Assembly: GCA_964106915.2 (NCBI GenBank)
Contig: OZ066917.1
Source of the DNA: Podarcis gaigeae
Taxonomy: Eukaryota
Length of the DNA stretch: 64,000 bases
Strand: one strand, 5' to 3'
Notes under the pieces: generated by a model
The model's database searches: none
What the model was told of the DNA's origin: nothing
What the model saw: only the letters and a program-made list of their open reading frames with translations
Made by a program: the position numbers and the translations under genes
Shown here: piece by piece, positions 24,893 through 36,100 of the stretch
Position numbering within the stretch: the stretch's first letter is position 1
Layout of the letters: each line of letters starts with the position of its first letter

Positions 24893-25683
24893 TAGTATGT
24901 GGCTTTAACTGATTTACAAAGTGTTTGTAGGCTTGGCAGACTCCAAATTTTAGTGGGCCTTTTCCTATGTTGTTCTTCCCTGCCGTGAGTGTACCTGACT
25001 GCAGAACTGGGTAGCTAAGCACTGCCATTTTAAAATTTCCCAACATGCCCTGGAGGTTCATGATATCTCAGAACATTGTGGGAAATGGCAAAATGTAGCT
25101 GCTCAGTGGAGGTCTAGCAGCTGCTCAAGGATACAAGGTGTTGAGCTGGGCCTGATTGCCTGGAATATTTGTTACATATAGCTTTAGTGGTTAGAACGGT
25201 GACTCTTAATTCATGATTATTTTTTTACTGGAACATTCTTGTGAGACAGCTGAATTAATATTTTATGCCAGTTGAGTAGATGTGCGTTTAGTTGTAACCC
25301 ATAGCATACTTAAACTACTGGACTGTGCTGTTTAAAAGAAATTCCTTTCACCCTTTAAATAAAGCTATTCTCTATTTAGATGTGGCTTCACAGATTGTGC
25401 ATACCAATTCCAGGCATTAAAAGCCTACCAGAAATAATGAGTTGCCAGTAAGCAAGTGAACATGATGCTTCAACCAGTGGATAAATAAATACTTTTCAAA
25501 AAAGGAAATTCAATATTTATTTGATTTAAATTGTAGTTAAAAGCCAGTTTTTAGATTAATTTACCAAATTCATCTTGATGCAGCGTTAATGCTATTCCTC
25601 CTTGTCTGAAATGTGTATATTCTATTTAGTATTCTAATTTGATTGGTTTTTGTGGTTATCACTCACCAGTGTGTTACAGGCTA

Positions 25684-25884
25684 CAGTGGTACCTCTGGTT
25701 ACAAACTTAATTCGTTCTGGAGGTCCGTTCTTAACCTGAGGTACCACTTTAGCTAAAGGGGCCTCCCTCTGCCGTCGCTGTGTGATTTCTGTTCTCATCC
25801 TGAGGTAAAGTTCTTAACCCAAGATACTATTTCCAGGTTAGCGGAGTCTGTAACCCGAGGTGTTTGTAACCCGAGGTACCACTG
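25684..25884 (+). mobile_element. Tc1/mariner (Tigger-like) MITE
   Basis: TA|CAGTGGTACCTC...GAGGTACCACTG|TA; inverted homologue of 33550-33775. Confidence 0.9.
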
Positions 25885-26618
25885 TATATCTAATTGCCAT
25901 ATGCCACCTTAAAAATGAGAATGCCAGAACAGGGCAGTCTTGAGCACATCTGTAGCAAGAATGAGGAACTTGTGTCCCTTTAGATGTTTTTGTAGACACT
26001 CAACTCATCCACTCCAGCAAGCATGGCCAGTAATCAGAAATGTTAGTAGTTGTCCAGTACTTGGAGGGCAACAGGTTAGCCACTCCTAGTCTAGAAAATG
26101 CTCAGGTTCTGAGAGATAGGAGTTGCCGTCACTGAAGAGATACTGAGATCAACTCTTTGTACCCTTTTAACAATCTAACTTGTAGTCAGAATACCTATGG
26201 TAAATTTAAGGGAATTCTAAGCATGATTGAATGTAAGCTATTACCGTACTGCCAAAATGCTGGGAATAAGTTTTTATGTAGGTGGTTTTCTGTATCATTT
26301 GAAATAGATTTATTTCAAAAAGGGTGAGGGTGAATTAAGGATGAACCCATAACCACATGGTCCAGCACTGACCATGGCATAGTTTTTTCAAATGTACTCT
26401 TGTAGCAGAATGCCCTTTTTTGCTGCATAAGCTGCTATTGTTGGAGTTGTATTTTCTTCATGCCTGAAGAAGACTTGCTATTCTGAGGGAAGAGATAAGC
26501 GACTGGTTAGATAAGTCTGGCAGTATAAGAAAATAACTGGGTCACAGTAACTACTTTATTGCTTAAACTCTATTACCCTCATAGTTTGGCTCTCAAAGGC
26601 TTACTAAATGGCTTAGGC

Positions 26619-26804
26619 CAATGGTTTCTAATTAGCTAAGTACTGAGGACCCTCTCTTTTTCAAAAGCCAAGCCATGGACCCCCTACATTTTAAAATGTT
26701 GATATTATCTCTGGTATTTTTTGTTATGTGAATGGTGCCACAGCTCCCCTGAGTGGGTTGCATGGACTCCCTGGGGTCCACAGACTCCCAATTGGGAACC
26801 ACTG
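26619..26804. mobile_element. hAT-Charlie-like MITE with 8-bp TSD GCTTAGGC
   Basis: CAATGGTTTCTAATT...AATTGGGAACCACTG; TSD at 26611-26618 and 26805-26812. Confidence 0.8.
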
Positions 26805-26933
26805 GCTTAGGCCATTTGTAATTCTGAGTTAGATTTATGTGCGGGGCAGGACGTTCTTTAAATGGGGCTGTTCGTATTTGCATGTTCAAAAAAGTTTAAA
26901 ACAAAATTAAATGTTTGAATGTATCTCTTTCAG

Positions 26934-27091
26934 GTTATGCAATGGTCTCTGCAAGATGGCTTGTTCTTGAGTTGGAGCTTTTTAAAACAGACATATGCTG
27001 GTACTTCAACTTTATTAAGCGGACTATAAGTTTTTCTCTCTCAACAACTACATAAGCAGACAAAATTGCAAAAATCTGCCCTGTTTCGAGT
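26934..27091 (+). other. USP9X: 5' UTR part of exon 2 (contains four upstream AUGs)
   Basis: Acceptor tatctctttcag|GTTATG at 26933/26934; main ATG at 27092. Confidence 0.85.
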
Positions 27092-27187
27092 ATGACAGCC
27101 ACGACCCGTGGCTCTCCAGTAGGAGGGAACGACAGCCAGGGCCAGGCTCCTGATGGACAGTCCCAGCCTCCTCTCCAGCAGAATCAG
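27092..27187 (+). CDS. USP9X: USP9X exon 2 coding part (96 nt)
   Basis: [10 protein letters not shown]...PLQQNQ; donor CAG|GTATGG. Confidence 0.97.
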
Positions 27188-30100
27188 GTATGGTGGATAT
27201 TCATATTAGTAATAAAAATTTAGATATTTTTGAGCAAAAGTTGCAATTGATAACACTAATTAACCTTAATCTTGCAACAATACACTTCAGTTCTACTTTA
27301 CACATTAAATACATTCCAGTAAAGTTGGTCTGGGAACCTCCTGTTTACAAACCCCTTGCATGGTGAGAGTCTCTTTGAATATTTGTCTTAAAAATTTAGA
27401 TACTCTAAATCAAGATTCCACATATTTTGGCCGGCCTTGTTAATTAAGGATTTTTTGGTCCTGATCTTGTGTAGGACCCTCTGTAATACAGCATGAGGTG
27501 GGGTACAGTCACCCCATAGCTCTGAGCTTGGAGGTACATAGGGAGTTAATGTGATCTTTTCTGCAAAAACAAGCCCATTTCATCTTCTTCAGCTTGGAAA
27601 GGGAAGTGGGGATTCCCTACTCTTGTTCTAGGTCTCTGAGTCCCTCAGAAGCTCAGGTATGATTACTGTTCCCAGGTCTGAATCCAGTTTAGAGGGGAAG
27701 AAAGGGCTGGGACTGGTTATTTGTACAGTTGCCTTCTGAGATGCACTAAGAAGAAGTGTCAGCACCTGGCTGCACTGGGGTGTGCCAGGTTGCCACTGCA
27801 CTTTGAAGCATAAAACAACCCCCAAGCTTTTTTTCCAATCTTAAGGCTGTGGAGAAGGCAAGGATCATCCTCACACTAATGCTATACTTCTGAGGTCTCT
27901 GAACTGCTATTCCACTGCATTAAAAAACTCCTGTTTTTCTTGCCAAATGAGTGAAATATCACATTCTATAGTAGAATAAAATTACAATTGCTAAGGGAAT
28001 CATTGTTGAAGTGAATTGTAATAGTTATTAAGCTTTATTTACATAGACAAGGTTTCCATGGCTTCTGTTGGAAGCACTAGGTTTTGTACAGTTAACTTCA
28101 CTTATAGCAGGTGGACTGCTGATGTTTACAGTAGCTTTGTAAATTCACAAAAGCTGCCTACACCCACACAACTATTTGTAGCAAATAAGCATAGTAAATG
28201 AGAGAGAATACACAAACTCTTCCATGCCTGTTTGCACACAAGTGTTTACATATGTTCTTAAGTTGTTACAAGTAAGCAGATAAGTGACAGCTTGTATGTA
28301 TTAATTGCATATACTAGATGCTATTTCTTAAATTGCTGCTTTTATTAAACAAATTGTTGTTTGGGTGTATACTCTGTTCATCCGGCTCAGGAAAATATAG
28401 TTGTTTGAAACCATTCTGAAAAGATCCAGTGATTAGATTGGGATTTCTCAGAAATTGCTGAAAAAAAATGGTTTTGCTTGTTGCACTTGAGATTTTATTT
28501 TTTGCACACATGGTGAACAAAACTGGTTTTATTTGAGGCCTGTTCTGATGATAATGTTACATGCTCACACATGCTTCCTTTATGCACAGTGATAACAGGA
28601 GTGTGAGTAGTTCAGAGCTCTTGTATTCTTGCTGCATGAACATAATCACATCAGTTTCTTGGAGAACTTGCACCAACTCACATCCTCCAGTTGAAGTAAT
28701 CTCTCCCCCCCAACTTTCTTTTGATCATTGTATCCCCATAGTGTTGCTTCAAACTTGCTTTTGTTGTTCTTTCATTGTTCTCAGCATATTGGCAGTCAGT
28801 ACAAGGTGTAAGATGTTTCTCATCCAAGCAAGATAGATTTGTGGATGTTCATCAAGGAGACGTTGCTACCAAATGTAGTGCAGCACTGAAAGCTAGAGGT
28901 GCAGTTCTAATGAGCCCTGTCAGTACAAGAACTTCAGTTTGCACAATGGGTCTGTCCCCTCTCCCCTTACCCATGTGCCTCCCTGCACCCCTGAAATTAA
29001 CTCTGGGAGGGTCAGGAGAAGTGCCAGAGCAGCACAGGGAAAGGGGAGAGGTATCATACTGCTTAGTAAGCTGCAATGCTTAGACAGATGGAACAATTGG
29101 AAAAGCTTAATGTTGAATTCCACGGTTGGTGTTTGCACAATGTTGTGAATGTGTTGTCTCCAATGAGGAGAAGATTGTCAAAGTGTTGTTGGCTGATGTG
29201 CTTTTTCTCCTTTTGTAAGAACTTTACAACATACTTGGCTTACATTAAAATAGTGTAAATATTGCCAAGGAAACATGCAGGCAACTGGAATAGATTTTCA
29301 CTGGTGCTGTTCTCAGTAGCAAATAGAGCATGGGTGGTCAGCATTCTTCTCTCCAGATGTTTTGGGCTTCCATTGACCATGCTAGCTGGGCTGATAAGAG
29401 CTGTAGTCCAAAACCTCTGGAGGGCACTGTGTTTGCTATCCCTGAGAATAGAACTTGGTGGAAAGTGGCTTTTTTCTTCATCATGCTTGGAATGTAAAGT
29501 GCTTGCCCTACAGGAGGACTCAGAGGGCACGTGATTGAGACTTGAGTATTATAGGTTTCAGGCTGCTGTGGATGTTGCTTGTGTTATTTGTGCATTACAT
29601 TGCACAGAGGCATTGAACTCAGTATATTTGCACTAGTGCATGATAGACCAGTGTGATCTCACCAGTGCTCCCTGCACAGGCCCGAACTTGCTGCTGTCCT
29701 GCCCTGTCAAGTAGCAGTGATGCTGGTGTCAGGAGGTTGTGTCTGCAGCTCTACCTCACCACACATGGCAGCTACTGAGTTAGAATTATGACCTAGAAGC
29801 AGGAGGACCATATCAAAGCTTCTGTTTTGATTTTGGAGGGGGTTGTGATTTAGAAAAGCTATTGAATTTAGTACATAGGGGAAAGGAAATTTGCAGAATT
29901 GTATGTTGAAAACAAAAAACACATAGTACAAATATGATTAAAATGAAAGCGTGAAATAACTGTCCTGTGCAGCATAAAGATGATGAAGAAAGAGATACAT
30001 TTACCCTTGAAAGGTTAGGGGGAAAGAGGCCTACCCTTTGAATGTTATTAGGAGGAGACATTAAAACTTGATTAAACTGTATGATGACTCCGTAATTTTA

Positions 30101-33100
30101 AAAATTATTGCAAGAATTTCAGTATTTGAGTGGTTTACTTAGCTATGTATTTTCTAATTCAGACTTCTTCCCCTGATTCTTCAAATGAGAATTCCCCAGC
30201 TACACCCCCTGATGAACAGGGTCAGGGTGATGCTCCACCACAGCTTGAAGATGAGGAGCCTGCATTTCCACACACTGACCTGGCCAAGTTGGATGACATG
30301 ATTAACAGGTATTTATATATTTTTTTCAGGCAATGTGTTAATTTATGGCTCAAATTATTTCATCTTTTCCAGATGAAAAACATTGAAGGGGAAAGTTAGA
30401 TTTCATGTCAAATTGAATTTTATATTCTAATGTTTTCTTAGACCTCGATGGGTTGTTCCTGTATTGCCTAAAGGGGAGTTAGAAGTTCTTCTAGAAGCTG
30501 CTATTGAGCTTAGTAAAAAAGGTAAGTTGAAAAATTAAACTTTTAAGAACAATGGATATAGCACCTCAATGACCTACAGTGATATCCCTTATTTAGAATT
30601 GCTAGCTTTACTAACTACTAGACTGTGTATACAGGGAGATAAAGAAATAAATAGATTCAAGCCAGGAAATGCGAAAGAGCTGGAGAGTCCTTATGGCTTG
30701 CAAGGGACTCTTCCTGGTGCCTGAAGAGGACTTCATTGGGGACAGAGGAATCCCCAAAGAGACTGGAGGTGCAGCAAAGCTTTTTTTAGGCTGCTAGGCT
30801 TAGCAGCTGATGTGTGCAGTAGTGTAGCAGCTGCCGCTTTTCTGTGCATCCTCCAGCTGGCCCTAGAACTTCAACTCTAATTGAAGAGAGAGTTGTGGGA
30901 AGAGAGAGCTGGAGAACAGGAAAAATGGGCATTTAGAGGCTTTTTAGAGGGTTCTCTGCACTTATGCGATTTTCGCTTATGTGCACAGGGGTCTGTAACA
31001 CAAACCTTGTGCAACTGGGGGAACGCCCATAGTGTTCAATGAAATGAGTAAACTGGTCAATTTCAAAGTATGTTTTCTTTTGGTTTGGTGGAGAACTTTC
31101 ATTTGTATATCTAAACAGCATTTCATAGTCGAAGAATTCTTGTAACATAGTGTCTGAGAGTGAGCTATGACTTGGAAAGTCCATGGGTTGAAATTTAAAT
31201 TCAGTAGGCAGTATTGGGCAAGCGGCTTGCTCTTGTCTACATTTGGGAAGATGATGATAGTGACCCATCTTATAGGAACTGTACATATTATAAAAAGATA
31301 ATTTGATTTTTACAGTTTTTAGTGTAAATCATTTGTGTTACTACAAATGGAAGATTTGATGCATTTCTAAAGAATTAGCACAGGAGAAAGTGCTCAGCTA
31401 ATAGAATCAATGTTGGGAGTCAGTTTCAGGTCTAAATTGCCTTCAGATCCATTGCAAGTTGGAGAAGGGCAGGCTGACTGGTAGAGGGAGTTGCACAGAA
31501 GCAAGGTTGAGAGGAAAGAAATAATAAGGATCTTAAAAATGATAACCCTACTTCTTTTAGCTATTGCAGTATTCTTGATAGGGACCTCCTAGCTTCTGGG
31601 CATTTAATGTCCTCAGTGTAGTGTTTCCTGCAACCTTGAAGGCTAGGAACATGCATAGAAAAATAATCAACAGTAGTTAAACTGTTGCATGGATATAATG
31701 TCTATGCAGTGTTGTTAAGAAAATTTAACTCACGTTTTATGCAGTTTAGTTAAAGTATAATAGGTATTAAATGTATTAAACAGCTTTCTTTTGAAGCATT
31801 TTCCGAATGTTTTACTGTTGGTAATTTAGTAGTCAGTGTATGACACCAAGTAACTTAATTCTTTGATGATCTCTTTTTACACAGGCCTTGATGTTAAAAG
31901 TGAAGCATGTCAGCGATTTTTTCGAGATGGGTTAACAATCTCTTTCACAAAAATCCTTACAGATGAGGCAGTGAGTGGCTGGAAATTTGAGATTCATGTA
32001 AGTTTGTTTTAGCTACCCATTCATGTATCCATTATGTCAACAGCTTCACTATGGTAAAAACTGGTTAATTACCTGTGACACTTGTGAAAACTGTTGCATT
32101 ACTTTTACTATATAATTCCTGTAGCTTAAATTTGTATGGTTTGAAATAAATAATTTCATGCAACAAGGGTTTATAGAATTTTCTTTACTCTGATAAGGAA
32201 TTTCACTATCAAGCAAGTTTATATAAAGTATTTTTTTCTTAATAGAGATGTATCATTAACAACACTCACCGCCTAGTTGAACTCTGTGTGGCAAAGCTGG
32301 CCCAAGATTGGTTTCCTCTTCTTGAACTTCTTGCAATGGCCTTAAATCCTCATTGCAAATTCCATCTTTACAATGGTACACGTCCCTCTGAAACTGTTCC
32401 TGCTGGAGTTCAGCTGGCTGAAGATGAACTTTATGCTCGTCCTCCAGACCCACGGTCACCAAAGGTATGTTGATTTGAAATTTTGAAGCAGCAGCGATCA
32501 TTCTCACTTAAGACATTTCTAGACAGTTGTTTTCTAGGGTATTGGTTTGCCTCTTCGGTTTTTGCTAAGTTGGAAAAGTAAGAACCAGGTGAAGCAGAAA
32601 CTGTACTCTCCCTGTTTCCTAGTGCATTCTTAATCAAGTCATAAAAGCAGTAGACGCATAAACACGTGCTATAGCCTGCATTGTGCTTAGGCACAAATCA
32701 GAACTAGGTATCATCTTAAATACTCATCTTAAAATGAATTCTCTTCACTATTTTCTGTCAGACTTCACCATGGTTATTTATTAGATCTGCTGTGAAACCT
32801 TGGCTAATGCTAAACATGCTTCTGTCTTAACCAGGATTTGTAAACTAAGTATCAGAGCCAGCATGGTGTAGTGGTTAAGAGCGATAGACTCGTAATCTGG
32901 GAAACCGGGTTCGAGTCTCCACTCCTCCACATGCAGCTGCTGGGTGACCTTGGGCCAGTCACGCTTCTCTGAAGTCTCTCAGCCTCACTCACCTCACAGA
33001 GTATTTGTTGTGGGGGAGGAAGGGAAAGGAGAATGTTAGCCGCTTTGAGACTCCTGAAGGGGAGTGAAAGGCGGGATATCAAATCCAAACTCTTCTTCTT

Positions 33101-36100
33101 CATCATCATCATTAGCCTTAATGTACAGTCGTACCTTGGAAGTCGAACGGAATCCATTCCGAAAGTCCATTTGACTTCCAAAATGTTCGAAAAACAAAGC
33201 GCAGCTTCTGATTGACTGCAGGAAACTCCTGCAGTCAATCAGAAGCTGTGGAAGCCCCATCAGACGTTCGGCTTCCAATAATAGTTTGCAATCTGGAACA
33301 GTCACCTCTGGGTTTGCGGCGTTTGCGAGACAAAATGTTCAACAACTAAGTTGTTTGAAAACCAAGGTACGACTGTAGTTGCAAATGTATCAAATCGCAG
33401 CCAAAAAAGTTGGAGTTAAAATTTGTGAAGTTGCTAACTTTGTTGTAGTGTATAAATTGGTATGTTAGTTTCAAGGCTATCTCTCTTGGAGCCTCAAAGT
33501 GTTGGGAAGTCTCAGTTCACATGGCTGGAACTTCAAAAGGAGGTCAATACAGTGGTACCTCGGGTTACATACGCTTCAGGTTACAGACTCCACTAACCCA
33601 GAAATATTACCTCGGGTTAAGAACCTTGCTTCAGGATGAGAACAGAAATCGCGCAGCAGAAGCGCGGCGGTAGCAGGAGGCCCCATTAGCTAGAGTGGTG
33701 CTTTAGGTTAAGAACAGTTTCAGGCTAAGAACGGACCTCCGGAATGAATTAAGTACGTAACCAGAGGTGCCACTGTATAGCTTTTGGCTGATGCCTGTTA
33801 TGATGATCTCCATATGCTAAAACTGTCCCCCACACCCCATTAATCTGTATTCGCTTCTGGTTTCTAACTTAAAAGGAAATCTTGTATTAATTTCTGTCAG
33901 AAGATAACGGATTACTGTGCATAAAAGCTCTCTTGTTCAGAAATACCTGTCTTTTATAATAGTATAATACTGAATTGCTGGTATTATCACAACTTGCAAA
34001 ATATTTTGAAATTATTAACAGTACACGAGAGGATAATCATGGTTAAAGGAGTATATTTACTTCTAATTGTGACCAAAAGTAGGACTTGTTCTTTGCAATA
34101 TAAATATGTGTTGGTAGAATGACATGTAAAGCAGGAAAAATTGTTTTACAGGGTTGGCTAGTAGATCTCATCAACAAGTTTGGCACATTGAATGGGTTTC
34201 AGATCTTACACGATCGTTTTATGAGCGGATCAGCATTGAATGTTCAGATTATAGCAGCTCTCATCAAGTAAGTCCTTTTTCTATGTATCAACGGAATAAC
34301 AGTATCCCTTGAGTTAGTTAGTTTCTCTCTCTCTCTCATCCTTGGCTTTACCACAGGAGCACTGGGTGTGTGTGTGAGGGTTGATGAAGATCTGATGCCC
34401 CAGCTTGTGCAAGCAAGTGAGCATTAAGTCTGAATAATAGATTCAGAAGTCTTCTGGTTTCTTCAGTAGTGCATGAGGATGGATGTGCTGCAGTTTTTAT
34501 TATTTTTGTGAAGTCTATATACCCTCTAGTGTGAATTACTGTTAGCAGTTCTGAGCTTTTTTGAAAGGGAAGAAGAGGATGAAAACAGTATACTACTTTC
34601 TTTGCAAATGCTAACCTAGGCACATTCTGTTTAGCCTGATTGCAAAAAGAGCCAATTTGTTCAAAAATAGATATTTTGTCATTTAGGGTTTGCAGTCTTG
34701 GAGCAAAGATTTATACCTTAATTACCTTAATTACCATACAGATTAGCTTTGAACCTTACACACTTTCAGAAGACCTTAATTTTTCTTCTTTGCTTTGATC
34801 TAGCAAGCTCAGCTTTTGGGCAAGTAACCTTAATTAGGAACCATAATGTATGGGAAATTACGGCAATGAGACTGATGAAAGCCAAGGTTTGTTGTGAGGT
34901 TTCAGAGTTTCCCCAGTAGCAGTTTGCTGTTGGAATAGAATGCTGGAACTTTGGTGAGCTATGTCTGTTCCTGGTGGAAGACCACCACTCCATTTGAACT
35001 TTCTACACCCTGTATTGTTTCTTGTGTGGAAAATTTGGCACATCTGGATTGTAATGAGTTGGGGCAAGAGGATATTACATATACAGTAGAGAGTTGCTTC
35101 TGTGTATTTTGCAGAATTGTATGTATAAGGACCTTAGGAGCCTTACCCCCAGTGCTCTTGGAAGAGAGATACACACAAGCTCAGCCAGAGCCATTTTGCT
35201 AGCAGTTCAGATCTTTGTAGAGAACATTTATAGTATGGAAGTGGTCAAGATCTGGGATGAAATTAATGATGTTGAGACACAGCAAGATCTTTTTTCAGTT
35301 ATTGACGTCCACTGTTTACACTCACAAAGGCCCCTGAAGATGTCATTCTGGCAGGGGCTTCTGGGGCAGAATGGGAGTCCAAGTGGGGAGAGGGGCACTA
35401 ATTTTCCCACAGTACCCTCTGTCAGTTTTACACTTTGTTACCATAAAACAGGCTTCCTCAAACCCGGCCCTCCAGATGTTTTGAGACTACAGTTCCCATC
35501 ATCTCTGACCACGGGTCCTGCTAGCTAGGGATCATGGGAGTTGTAGACCAAAAACACCTGGAGGGCTGAGTTTGAGGCAGCCTGCCATAAAGCATTGCTT
35601 CAGTGGGTAGAGGGGACATGGTGGCCACCAGGAGGAGCTCCAGTGTTAGTGGTGGTTTGGGGGTATCCAATTCACATATTGCCCCTCAAAAATACCTGGA
35701 AACCACAACATTCATCATCTGCTAATGGGATGGCAAAATGTGGGGAGGGATAATATTTTGGCTGGTAATCATTAACTTGCTGGTTTGTAATTTTTTTTAG
35801 TAAATACTGGTTCTCCTTAATACTACTTTAAGCTTTTTGTACTATTTTTTCTCTCTCCAGACCATTTGGACAGTGCTATGAGTTTCTAACACTGCATACA
35901 GTGAAGAAATACTTCCTTCCAATTATAGAAATGGTTCCACAGTTTTTAGAAAACTTAACTGATGATGAACTGAAAAAAGAAGCCAAGAATGAAGCCAAAA
36001 ATGATGCTTTGTCAATGATAATCAAATCTCTAAAGAACTTAGCCTCAAGAGTTCCAGGGCAAGAGGAAACTGTAAAAAACCTAGAAATATTTAGATTAAA

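Noticed and set aside
32854-32930. tRNA gene-like sequences (also 59741-59815 and 62512-62580)
   Set aside because: These are SINE heads: they continue into SINE bodies and tails and lack a proper cloverleaf and terminator.
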